Assembly (NCBI GenBank): GCA_963695885.1
Contig: CAVOIH010000032.1
Location: forward strand, 31,188-95,187
From: an uncultured Solirubrobacterales bacterium
Lineage (GTDB): Bacteria; Actinomycetota; Thermoleophilia; Solirubrobacterales; 70-9
Reading direction: 5' to 3'
Length of the DNA: 64,000 nucleotides
Shown here: one piece after another, positions 17,530 through 26,210 of the stretch
Position numbering within the stretch: the first letter of the stretch is position 1
Layout of the letters: each line of letters begins with the position of its first letter
Translations under genes and position numbers: made by a program
The notes under the pieces: model-generated
The model's input: the letters and a program-made list of their open reading frames with translations, nothing else
Told to the model about the DNA's origin: nothing
The model's database searches: none

Positions 17530-18206
17530 CTCCCGGCCCCACCGCCTTCGCGGCGATCCTCGGCAAGGATCTCCGGACCGAGCTGCGGACCATGCGCTCC
17601 CTGCCGGCGATGGTCCTGTTCGCGGTCACCACCTTCATCATCTTCCGGTACGGGCTCGACCGGACCACCCTCTCGGGCAGCCTGGCCGGCGGCGTGCTCT
17701 GGACCACCCTGCTGTTCGCGGCGATCCTCGGGATCAACCGGGTGTTCGTCTCCGAGCAGGAGGAGGGGGGCTTCGACGCCTTCCGGCTCGCTCCGGTCGA
17801 CCGCACGGTCCTTTTCACCGCCAAGACCGCCGCACTCTTCGTCTACCTCTCGGTCCTCGAGCTGATCGTGGTGCCGACCTTCGCCGTGTTCTTCCTGCCG
17901 CAGTGGAGCGGCCTGGTGCCGCTGATCCTGGTCCTGGCTGGGGCGAACCTCGGTTTTGCCGCCCTCGGCACCCTGATTTCCTCGATGGCGGTCAATTCCC
18001 GGGCCCGCGACCTGATCGTTCCTCTGCTCCTGCTGCCGCTCGTGGTGCCGCTGATGATCGCCGCGACGGGCGCTTCGGCTCCGCTTCTGGAGCCGGGTGG
18101 CCCCTCGTACGAGAAGTTCGGCACTTGGCTGCTGGTCATGGGTCTATACGATGGGATCTTCTGCCTCATTGGTTATGCCGTCTTCGACTTCCTCCTGGAA
18201 GATTGA
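17526..18206 (+). CDS. ccmB: Heme exporter protein CcmB
   Basis: 226 aa, 6 TM helices, 4-nt overlap with ccmA. Position and topology fit CcmB. Confidence 0.7.
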   Translation: MTPGPTAFAAILGKDLRTELRTMRSLPAMVLFAVTTFIIFRYGLDRTTLSGSLAGGVLWTTLLFAAILGINRVFVSEQEEGGFDAFRLAPVDRTVLFTAKTAALFVYLSVLELIVVPTFAVFFLPQWSGLVPLILVLAGANLGFAALGTLISSMAVNSRARDLIVPLLLLPLVVPLMIAATGASAPLLEPGGPSYEKFGTWLLVMGLYDGIFCLIGYAVFDFLLED

Positions 18207-18231
18207 AACGGGCGCCAGGGGACTGATCAAG

Positions 18232-18966
18232 ATGTCCGGTCGCAGCCTCAAAGCCCTCTCCATAGCGACGGTGGTGTTCCTCACCGCCGGCTTCGTGCTG
18301 GCCATCTTCTGGGCCCCGATGGACGCCGACCAAGGCTTCAAGCAGAAGATCTTCTACCTCCACGTGCCGCTGGCGATCGTGGCCCTGATCGGATTCATCG
18401 CCGGTGGGGTCGAAGGGTTCCGCCACCTGCGGAGCGGGGACCGGAAGCACGACGCGAACTCCTACGTCTTCATCCACCTCTCCGTGGTCTTCGGCGTCGC
18501 CGTACTCGTGACCGGCGCGATCTGGGCCAAGGCTTCGTGGGGACACTGGTGGGTCTGGGACGAACCGACTCTGGTCAGCTTCCTGATCGTCTTTCTCCTC
18601 TACTGCACGTACTACCCTTTCCGCTACGCGATCGAGGACCGCGACCGCCAGGCGCGTTACGCCTCGGTCTTCGCGATCACCGCGGGTGCGTTCGTGCCGC
18701 TCAACTTCATGGCTGTGCGCATGGCCGAGAGCATCATCCACCCGCGGGTCTTCGCCACGTCCGAGGGCGGACTGCCCGGTTCGATGCTGTTCGCCTTCCT
18801 CGTCTGCCTGGCCGGCATGGGCCTCCTCTGGCTGACCCTGGTCAAGGTGGAGCTCGTGGGCAAGCAGGCTTCGGGACAGGTATCCCGCCTCCGCCGTGCC
18901 CTTTCCGCCGACCGCGAGAGTGGTTCGGTCGGCGGCCGCATCGCCCCCGAGATGGAGACGGGCTAG
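18232..18966 (+). CDS. ccmC: Heme exporter protein CcmC
   Basis: ATG at 18232 inside track ORF 18097-18966. Tryptophan-rich WGHWWVWDEPT (WGxxWxWD) motif plus conserved His residues. Confidence 0.8.
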   Translation: MSGRSLKALSIATVVFLTAGFVLAIFWAPMDADQGFKQKIFYLHVPLAIVALIGFIAGGVEGFRHLRSGDRKHDANSYVFIHLSVVFGVAVLVTGAIWAKASWGHWWVWDEPTLVSFLIVFLLYCTYYPFRYAIEDRDRQARYASVFAITAGAFVPLNFMAVRMAESIIHPRVFATSEGGLPGSMLFAFLVCLAGMGLLWLTLVKVELVGKQASGQVSRLRRALSADRESGSVGGRIAPEMETG

Positions 18967-19185
18967 ATGTTCGAGAACGTCCCGAACGACTCCACCGGAT
19001 ACGTCCTGGCGGCGTACATCTTCTTCCTGCTCATGCTGCTGGTCTACATCGGCATCCTCGGCGTGAAGTTCCAGCGGATCAGCCGCGATATCGGCGAGCT
19101 GACCGACGAGGTCGAAGCCGGCCAGGCCGGCGCCGAACCGCCGGAGGAGCAGGCCGGGCCCGTTCGGGAAGAGACCAGTGTCTGA
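18967..19185 (+). CDS. ccmD: CcmD-like small single-TM heme exporter subunit
   Basis: 72 aa. Starts one base after the ccmC stop. TGYVLAAYIFFLLMLLVYIGIL resembles the CcmD helix. Confidence 0.5.
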   Translation: MFENVPNDSTGYVLAAYIFFLLMLLVYIGILGVKFQRISRDIGELTDEVEAGQAGAEPPEEQAGPVREETSV

Positions 19186-20512
19186 GCTACTCGCCCTCGG
19201 CCTCTCCCACAAGACCGCTCCGCTCGAGCTGCGGGAACGGCTCGCCCTGACCGAAGGCCGCGCCACGGGCCTGATGGGGGAGCTGACCGGTACCAACGAC
19301 GTTCGCGAGGCGGCGATCATCTCGACCTGCAACCGCACCGAGCTCTACCTGGTGGTTGGCGACTCGGTCCAGGCCGAATCGATCGCGCTGTCCGCCCTGT
19401 CGCGCGAGGCCGAGATCCGGCCGACCGAACTGATCAGCCACCTCTATTCGCTTCGTTCGATCGATGCCGCAAGGCACCTCTACCAGGTGGCCGCGGGCCT
19501 CGATTCGATGATCCTCGGCGAGGCCGAGATCCAGGGGCAGGTCAAGCGGGCCTATGAGCTTTCACTGGTCGAAGGTGCCTCCGGGCCGATCCTCAACCGG
19601 CTCTTCCGCGGCGCGATCGCCGCCGGCGGCCGTGCCCGCAGCGAGACCGCGATCAGCGAGAAGGGCGTTTCCGTGCCTTCGGTCGCGATCCTGGAGGCCC
19701 GCCGCGCGCTCGGCGACCTCGCCCGGCTCCACGCCCTGGTGATCGGTGCCGGCGACACGGCCGAGCTGGTGGCCCGCGCCCTGGTCCGCCGCGGTACCGA
19801 GACCGTCTTCGTCGCCAACCGCCACTATGACCGCGCGATCGGCCTGGCCGGCCGCTTCGGCGGCGCCGCGGTCCGGATCGACGACCTGCCCGCCCAGCTC
19901 GGCGCGGCCGACATCGTGATCTCGGCGACCAACTCACCCCACCACCTGGTCGGCAGCAACGAGCTCGCGCAGATCATGGAGTCCCGCGAGGACCGCCCGC
20001 TCTTCCTGGTCGACCTCGCCGTGCCACGCGACATCGAACCCTCCTGCCGCGACATCGAAGGCGTCTCCCTGTACGACGTTGACGACATCCAGAAGATCGT
20101 CGAGCGGAACACCAGCGGACGCGAGGCCGAATCCCGCCTTGCCGAGCGCATCATCGAAGTAGAGCTCGACCGGTTCGAGCGCTGGCTGGCTTCACTCGAG
20201 GTGGTACCGACAGTGGTCGCCCTGCGCGAGCGGTCGGACGAGATCGTCCGCCGCGTGCTCGCCGAGAACGAAAACCGCTGGGACAGCCTTTCCGATTCCG
20301 ACCGCCGCCGCGTGGAGACGCTGGCCCGCGCGATCACCAGCCGCATGCTCCACGAGCCGACCATGAAGCTCAAGGCATCGGCCGGGTCGGACGAGGCCTA
20401 CGAGAACGTCAACACCCTCCGCGAGCTGTTCGGCCTCGACGTCGACGCCGCGGTCGAGGGCGATTCCGGCGCTTCGGTCACACCGATCCGCCAAAAATCA
20501 GAAGAAGGCTGA
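19178..20512 (+). CDS. hemA: Glutamyl-tRNA reductase
   Basis: 444 aa. LGLSHKTAPLELRE, STCNRTELY. GTG start overlaps the ccmD end by 8 nt. Confidence 0.9.
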   Translation: MSELLALGLSHKTAPLELRERLALTEGRATGLMGELTGTNDVREAAIISTCNRTELYLVVGDSVQAESIALSALSREAEIRPTELISHLYSLRSIDAARHLYQVAAGLDSMILGEAEIQGQVKRAYELSLVEGASGPILNRLFRGAIAAGGRARSETAISEKGVSVPSVAILEARRALGDLARLHALVIGAGDTAELVARALVRRGTETVFVANRHYDRAIGLAGRFGGAAVRIDDLPAQLGAADIVISATNSPHHLVGSNELAQIMESREDRPLFLVDLAVPRDIEPSCRDIEGVSLYDVDDIQKIVERNTSGREAESRLAERIIEVELDRFERWLASLEVVPTVVALRERSDEIVRRVLAENENRWDSLSDSDRRRVETLARAITSRMLHEPTMKLKASAGSDEAYENVNTLRELFGLDVDAAVEGDSGASVTPIRQKSEEG

Positions 20513-20517
20513 CGACC

Positions 20518-21375
20518 ATGCGCATCGCGACGCGGGGCAGTGCCCTCGCGCTGGCGCAGTCCGGCCTCGTCGCCGATGGGCTGGGTGGAGCCGAACTGGT
20601 CAAGGTCGAGACCGACACCTCGACCGGCGACAAGGAACGCTTCGTGCGCGGGGTCGAGCGGGCCGTGCTCGACGGCGTGGCCGAGGCTGGTGTCCATTCG
20701 GCCAAGGACCTTCCGGGGGTCATGACTTCCGGACTGGTCATCGCCGCGGTCCCGGAAGGCGAAGACCCGCGCGACGCCTGGATCGGCCCGGGGACGAGCC
20801 TCGACGACGTGCCCGAAGGTGCCCGGGTCGGCACGGTCAGCCTGAGGCGCCGGGCGCAGCTTCTGGCGATCCGCCCGGACCTGCGGCCGGTGGCGCTCGA
20901 AGGCAACGTCGACACCCGGCTTCGGAGGCTCGAGGAAGGGGAGGCCGACGCGATCATCCTGGCCGTGGCCGGCCTGAACCGCCTCGGCCGGGCTGACCGG
21001 ATCTCGTTTTCCATCCCGCTCGACCAGATGACCCCCGCTGCCGGGCAGGGCGCGCTGGTCGTCCAGTCGAAGGCCGGCAACGACCAAGGCTTCCGGGAGA
21101 TCAACGACCTCGCCAGCGAACGGGAACTGCTGGCCGAGCGGGCCGCGGTGGTCGGCCTCGGCGCGGACTGTTCGAGCCCCGTCGGCATCCATGCCCGTCA
21201 CCGAGGCGGCCGTCTGGTGGCCGAAGGTTTCGCCGGCCTGGCTGACGGTTCGGCCTGGGTGCGCGACAGGATCGAAGGCGATCCGGCCCACCCCGGGACG
21301 ATCGGTACCGAGCTGGCCCGCCGCATGTCGGTGGCCGGAGCCGCGGAGATCCTCCAGGAGGCGGCGAAGTCATGA
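20518..21375 (+). CDS. hemC: Hydroxymethylbilane synthase (porphobilinogen deaminase)
   Basis: 285 aa. MRIATRGSALALAQ, VHSAKDLP, RGNVDTRL-like motif. Confidence 0.9.
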   Translation: MRIATRGSALALAQSGLVADGLGGAELVKVETDTSTGDKERFVRGVERAVLDGVAEAGVHSAKDLPGVMTSGLVIAAVPEGEDPRDAWIGPGTSLDDVPEGARVGTVSLRRRAQLLAIRPDLRPVALEGNVDTRLRRLEEGEADAIILAVAGLNRLGRADRISFSIPLDQMTPAAGQGALVVQSKAGNDQGFREINDLASERELLAERAAVVGLGADCSSPVGIHARHRGGRLVAEGFAGLADGSAWVRDRIEGDPAHPGTIGTELARRMSVAGAAEILQEAAKS

Positions 21376-22886
21376 GCTCGGCAGGAGGAATGGTCTACCT
21401 CGTCGGCGCGGGACCCGGTGACCCCGGCCTGATGACCGCCCGGTCGCTCGATTTGGTCGCTCTGGCCGACGTCATCTACTACGACCGCCTGATCCCTTCG
21501 GGTGCCCTCGACGGCGCCCGCGACGACGCCGAGCTGGTCTACGTCGGCAAGCAACCCGGGGTGCCGGGCGTGCCCCAGGAGGAGATCGTCGACAAAATGA
21601 TCGAGTCCGGGCGCAAGGGCCTCCAGGTAGTGCGCCTGAAGGGCGGTGACCCGTATCTGTTCGGCCGCGGTGCCGAAGAGGCGGAAGGGCTGAAGTCCGC
21701 CGGGGTGCCCTGGGAAGTGGTCCCGGGTGTGACCGCCGGCATCGCCGCGACCGCATACGCCGGCATCCCGGTCACCCATCGCGACGACGCCTCCGCCGTC
21801 GCTTTCATCACCGGCCACGAAGACCCCGCCAAGCCGGAGACGGCACTCGACTGGCCGGCGCTCGCTTCGTTCCCCGGAACCCTCGTCTTCTACATGGGCG
21901 TGAAGCGCCTGGCCCAGAACGCGGCGGCGCTGATCAAAGGCGGCCGTCCCGCCGACCAGCCCGCCGCGGCGATCCAGCAGGGCACGACGCCGCACCAGCG
22001 GACCGTCACCGCCACGCTGGCCACGATCGCCGGCGAAGTCGCCGCGGCAAAGATCAGGGCTCCCGCCCTGATCGTGATCGGCGAGGTCGCCCGCCACCGG
22101 GAGAACCTCTCGTGGTTCGAAGGCCGGCCGCTCTTCGGCAAACGGGTCGTGGTCACCCGTGCCCGCGCCCAGGCCAGCAGCCTCAGTGCCCGGCTTCGCG
22201 CGCTCGGAGCCGACGTGGTCGAGCTGCCGGCGATCCGGATCGAGCCGGTCTCCGGTCAGGACGAACGAATAGCCTCCGCTTTCGACCGTTTCCTCGAGGA
22301 CACCTACGACCTGATCTGCTTCACCTCGGCCAACGGTGTCGAATGCTTCTTCGAACTGCTGGAGGAAGCGAACATGGATGCGCGCGACCTCGCCGGGACC
22401 GAGATCGCCGTGATCGGGCCCGGTACCGCCCGCGCCCTGGCCGCGCACGGCATCAAGGCGGACTACATCCCGGAGCGGTTCGTCGCCGAAGGCCTGCTCG
22501 AAGAACTCGAATCCGTGAACTTCGACGGCAAGGGGGTGCTGGTCGCCCGGGCCGAGGAAGCGCGGGAACTGCTGCCCGAGACGCTGCGTGACCGGAACGC
22601 CGCGGTGGTCGACGTGATGCCGCTGTACCGGACCGTCGCCGAAGCCCCGGACCCGGCCGCACTCGAAGCGGCCGCCTCGGCTGACTACATCACCTTCACC
22701 TCGGCCTCCACCGTGAACCGCCTGCTCGAAGTCATGCCGGACGGCCTGCCGGCCGGGGCGAAGCTCGTCTCGATCGGTCCGATCACCTCGGATGCCGCCC
22801 GCGAGGCCGGCCTCGAGGTGGCGATCGAAGCAACCCGCCACGACATCGACGGGCTGCTCGAAGCGCTGATCGCTGACCTCGGCTGA
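21372..22886 (+). CDS. cobA/hemD: Bifunctional uroporphyrinogen-III C-methyltransferase / uroporphyrinogen-III synthase
   Basis: 504 aa. N-terminal VYLVGAGPGDPGLMT SAM-methyltransferase domain, C-terminal HemD-like half. 4-nt overlap with hemC. Confidence 0.85.
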   Translation: MSSAGGMVYLVGAGPGDPGLMTARSLDLVALADVIYYDRLIPSGALDGARDDAELVYVGKQPGVPGVPQEEIVDKMIESGRKGLQVVRLKGGDPYLFGRGAEEAEGLKSAGVPWEVVPGVTAGIAATAYAGIPVTHRDDASAVAFITGHEDPAKPETALDWPALASFPGTLVFYMGVKRLAQNAAALIKGGRPADQPAAAIQQGTTPHQRTVTATLATIAGEVAAAKIRAPALIVIGEVARHRENLSWFEGRPLFGKRVVVTRARAQASSLSARLRALGADVVELPAIRIEPVSGQDERIASAFDRFLEDTYDLICFTSANGVECFFELLEEANMDARDLAGTEIAVIGPGTARALAAHGIKADYIPERFVAEGLLEELESVNFDGKGVLVARAEEARELLPETLRDRNAAVVDVMPLYRTVAEAPDPAALEAAASADYITFTSASTVNRLLEVMPDGLPAGAKLVSIGPITSDAAREAGLEVAIEATRHDIDGLLEALIADLG

Positions 22887-22901
22887 CCCGGCCGAGGTCA
22901 G
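22873..22901. terminator. Hairpin between convergent genes (ctgacctcggc-tgacccg-gccgaggtcag)
   Basis: 11-bp perfect stem spanning the cobA/hemD stop codon. Lies between the 3' ends of two convergent genes. Confidence 0.5.
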
Positions 22902-22907
22902 TCAGGT

Positions 22908-23384
22908 TCAGCCGCCGGCTGTGTAGACCGCCTTGTTGAAGTTCCTCGTGGAGGAGCAGTTGCCGACCTTCTGCACTACCTTGAACCTGGCGTTCTTGGT
23001 GGTCTTGAACTTGCCGGTCACGGTCGCTTTCAGGCCCGGGAGAACAGGCGACTTCTTGTTCTTCACGGTGAACTTGCCGCTGCTCTTGACCTTGCCCTTG
23101 GTCTCGAAATAGGTGTTGATGTAGCCGTTGCTGTCCTCCTGGAATCCCTTCGGGACGCAGGACTTGCCCTGCTTGTTCTTCCACTTCGTGGCGAAGGCGG
23201 CCCCGGTGATCTTGCCGCCGTCGGTGGAGACGTAGCCGATCCCGGACGTTCCGAAGGTCTGGTAGTAGACGCCGTCCTTGGGCTTGGCCGCCTGGGCGGC
23301 CGGAACGAAGGTCGACCCGGCGAAGAGTGCGACGAGCGCGAGAACCGCGAACCGGGCTCGACCGACTGCTGCTTGCTTGATCAA
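22908..23384 (-). CDS. Secreted hypothetical protein, lysine-rich beta-type
   Basis: 158 aa. Signal peptide ...VPAAQA, then a K-rich alternating pattern (KFTVKNKKSPVLPGLKATVTGKFKTTKN). Confidence 0.5.
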   Translation of the reverse strand: MIKQAAVGRARFAVLALVALFAGSTFVPAAQAAKPKDGVYYQTFGTSGIGYVSTDGGKITGAAFATKWKNKQGKSCVPKGFQEDSNGYINTYFETKGKVKSSGKFTVKNKKSPVLPGLKATVTGKFKTTKNARFKVVQKVGNCSSTRNFNKAVYTAGG

Positions 23385-23561
23385 GAGTGCTCCCTGGGGT
23401 TGAAGTTGGGGGAGACTATACGCAGGTCCGAACCCCTGGTCAAAGTAAGATCAGCCGATGTACGCAAGGGAAAGAATGCGGCTAGGGCGAGGACCTCGCG
23501 GCGATCGACCTCTCCGGCACGGACTCGAACTGCGAATCCTTCAGTTTCCCCTGAGCCGGCG

Positions 23562-24263
23562 ATGTTGATCGGCCGGCCCCACCTCCACTATCGCTCGGTC
23601 GGTTCGACCAACACCGAGGCATGGCGCCTTGCCGAAGCCGGGGCCGGCTCCGGGATGCTGGTGACGAGCGACGGCCAGACCGGCGGCCGCGGCCGCCAGG
23701 GACGGGCGTGGTCCTCTCCGGCCGGCGCTCTCGCCTATTCGGTGGTCTTGCGGAAACCGGCCGGGGTCCCGAGCACCCTGCCGCTCCAGGCAGGGGTGGC
23801 GGTCTGCGAGGCGGTCGAGTCGCTCGGTGTCGAGCGGGCAGAGGTCAAATGGCCGAACGACGTCTGGGTCGAGGGTCGCAAGGTGGCCGGCATCCTCGTC
23901 GAGGCGCGGCCCCAGGACGGCTGGGCCGTGATCGGGATCGGGCTGAACGTCGCGGTCCCGCCAGAGGGGTTTCCGCACGAGCTCCGCGAAACGGCGACGT
24001 CGGTCGGCTATGGCGCGACGGTCCCGCAGGCCATCGGCAGGCTCAACGAATTGCTCGGCCGCCGCATCGACGCGCCGGTCGAAGAGACCCTGGACGAGTT
24101 CGCCGGCCGGGATGCGCTGAAGGGCCGGAGGGTGACCTGGGGCGAAGGAACCGGCACCGCATCGGGCATCGACCGCGAAGGCAACCTGCTGGTCGAAAGC
24201 CCGGTCGGCTGCCTGTCATCCCTGAACGCGGGGGAGGTGCATCTCGATGTCTCGCCTGACTGA
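23562..24263 (+). CDS. birA: Biotin-[acetyl-CoA-carboxylase] ligase
   Basis: ATG at 23562 inside track ORF 23373-24263. GQTGGRGRQGRAW and KWPNDV motifs. Confidence 0.8.
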   Translation: MLIGRPHLHYRSVGSTNTEAWRLAEAGAGSGMLVTSDGQTGGRGRQGRAWSSPAGALAYSVVLRKPAGVPSTLPLQAGVAVCEAVESLGVERAEVKWPNDVWVEGRKVAGILVEARPQDGWAVIGIGLNVAVPPEGFPHELRETATSVGYGATVPQAIGRLNELLGRRIDAPVEETLDEFAGRDALKGRRVTWGEGTGTASGIDREGNLLVESPVGCLSSLNAGEVHLDVSPD

Positions 24264-24825
24264 TCCCGAGGTCGACCTGTCGCTGCAGGGCGTGGTCTGG
24301 CTCGAGGGGCAGGCGGTCCCGGTCGAGCCGACCGGCACCGGCAAAGCGGTCGCGAAGCTGGTCAACCGGAAGGAAGCGAAAGTGGTGGCCGCGGAGTTCG
24401 GCCAGATGGCCCTCACCGAACCGGACCCCGGCGTCCTGTCGGTCGGCGGCGGCGCCCGGAAGCAGGTCTTGAGTGCGATCGACCGCTGGTACCGCCGCGA
24501 AGCACGGGCGCAGATCGGACGGGTCGTCGAGATCGAAGCCGACCGCCTCGGCCTGCATCCGGGAAAGATCTCGATCCGCGACCAGAAGACGAGGTGGGGT
24601 TCCTGTTCGACATCCGGCACCCTCTCCTTCAACTGGCGCCTGGTGGTCGGTCCCCATCACGCCCTTCGTTACGTCGTGATCCACGAACTGATCCACATCC
24701 GCCACCACGACCACTCGCGCCGGTTCTGGGGTGCCCTCACCGAAGCCCTGCCCGAATGGAAGCACTCGGCGGCCTGGTTGCGGGCAAACGAGCGCGCCTT
24801 GACCGCCTACGAACCAAAGCTCTGA
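24247..24825 (+). CDS. YgjP-like (DUF45) zinc metallopeptidase
   Basis: 192 aa. TRWGSCS...NWRL...HELIHIRHHDHSRRFW. Overlaps birA by 17 nt. Confidence 0.75.
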   Translation: MSRLTDPEVDLSLQGVVWLEGQAVPVEPTGTGKAVAKLVNRKEAKVVAAEFGQMALTEPDPGVLSVGGGARKQVLSAIDRWYRREARAQIGRVVEIEADRLGLHPGKISIRDQKTRWGSCSTSGTLSFNWRLVVGPHHALRYVVIHELIHIRHHDHSRRFWGALTEALPEWKHSAAWLRANERALTAYEPKL

Positions 24826-24869
24826 CGGCAATCGCCGCAACCCGCGGTGCCGGCCCCGGTTCGGAGTGT

Positions 24870-26051
24870 ATGGTCCTCAACATGAACAAAACTTTGTTCC
24901 ACAAGATCGCCTCCGTCGCCGCTGTCGTACTCGCGGCCTTGATCGCCGGTTCGGTCATCACTTCGACCGCCACCGCCGGCCAGGCGACGAAGAAGGCCCT
25001 GGTCAAGTCGATCGACGACGTGCTGGCCGTGAAGAACTCGCCTCCCGGCATCTCGGTCCAGATCACCCGGAACGGCCGCAGCCAGTACTTCGGCAAGGGG
25101 AAGGGCAATCTCTCCACCGGCGCCAGGCCGAAGCTGAATGACCGCTTCCGCATCGCCAGCGTCGCCAAGGCCTACAGCGGCGCCGTCGCACTCACGCTGG
25201 TCCGTCAGCGCAAACTGCACCTCAGCGACACGATCGGCGAGATCCTTCCGGGCCTCATGCCAAAGGCCAGGAACGTGACCCTCCGCCAGGCCCTCCACCA
25301 CACCGGTGGCCTCCCCGACTACATCAAGCAGAAGGCCTTCGTCAAGGACTTCTCGGCGAACCTCAGCCGGTACTTCTCGCCCCGGAAGCTCATCTCGTAC
25401 GTGAAGAACAAGAACCTGACCCACCGGCCGGGCACGAAGTACGAGTACTCGGACACCGACAACATCGTCGTCGGACTGATGGCCCAAAGGGTCACGGGCG
25501 TCCCGTACGAGAGGCTCCTGAAGCGGCTTGTCCACAACCGGACACGCGGTGGCGCGACTTCGCTGCCCCGGGTGAACGCCATGCCGAGGCCGTACCTCCG
25601 CGGGTACGACATCGACCCGCCGAACGAACCGGCCGACGTCTCCGAGCTGATCAACCCGTCGGGCGCCTGGGCTTCGGGCGGCATCGTCTCGACCCTGCCG
25701 AACCTCAGCAGCTTCTTCAGCGCCTACGTCGGCGGCAAGCTCTTCGGGCCGAACATCCAGAACGCGCAGTGGCATTTCCGGGCGGGCGAATCACAGCCCG
25801 CCGGACCGGGCCGGAACGATGCCGGACTCGGCCTCTTCCGTTATACCTCGAAGTGTGGCGTCGTCTACGGCCACACGGGCTCGTTCCCGGGCTACCGGAC
25901 CTTCGCCGCCTCGTCGGCCAACGGCAGGAAGACGATCGCCTACGTGGTGAACATCCAGGTCACGAACAAGTCGGACTTCCCGAACGGAAAGCGGATCTCG
26001 GCCCTGATCCGCAAGTCATACGTGGAAGCGGTCTGCCACGCCCTCGGGTAA
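24870..26051 (+). CDS. Serine hydrolase, beta-lactamase/DD-peptidase family (secreted)
   Basis: ATG at 24870 inside track ORF 24594-26051. Signal peptide, SVAK (SxxK) nucleophile motif, HHTGGLPDY. Confidence 0.8.
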   Translation: MVLNMNKTLFHKIASVAAVVLAALIAGSVITSTATAGQATKKALVKSIDDVLAVKNSPPGISVQITRNGRSQYFGKGKGNLSTGARPKLNDRFRIASVAKAYSGAVALTLVRQRKLHLSDTIGEILPGLMPKARNVTLRQALHHTGGLPDYIKQKAFVKDFSANLSRYFSPRKLISYVKNKNLTHRPGTKYEYSDTDNIVVGLMAQRVTGVPYERLLKRLVHNRTRGGATSLPRVNAMPRPYLRGYDIDPPNEPADVSELINPSGAWASGGIVSTLPNLSSFFSAYVGGKLFGPNIQNAQWHFRAGESQPAGPGRNDAGLGLFRYTSKCGVVYGHTGSFPGYRTFAASSANGRKTIAYVVNIQVTNKSDFPNGKRISALIRKSYVEAVCHALG

Positions 26052-26119
26052 TCGGCAACTGCCGACTGTCCCCGGAGCACGACCAGTGGGCCGGTCTGCC
26101 GTCCACTGTCGATACGTGG

Positions 26120-26171
26120 GGTGGGGGTGTCCCGCCCGGAGCTCCCGCGGTGAGGACGGGACACCCCCACC
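26120..26171. terminator. 15-bp perfect GC-rich hairpin between convergent genes
   Basis: ggtgggggtgtcccg ... cgggacacccccacc with a 22-nt loop, between the serine hydrolase and helicase 3' ends. Confidence 0.5.
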
Positions 26172-26210
26172 TCGCGTCACAACAAGAAAACTGAAACCAG
26201 CAGTAAGGGC

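Noticed and set aside
23511-23552. tRNA-like fragment upstream of birA (ggcacggactcgaactgcgaatcc contains the reverse complement of a TTCGAGT T-loop)
   Set aside because: The flanking 5-nt segments do not pair as a T-stem (CACGG versus CTGCG). No acceptor or anticodon arms could be folded. At best it is a degenerate remnant.
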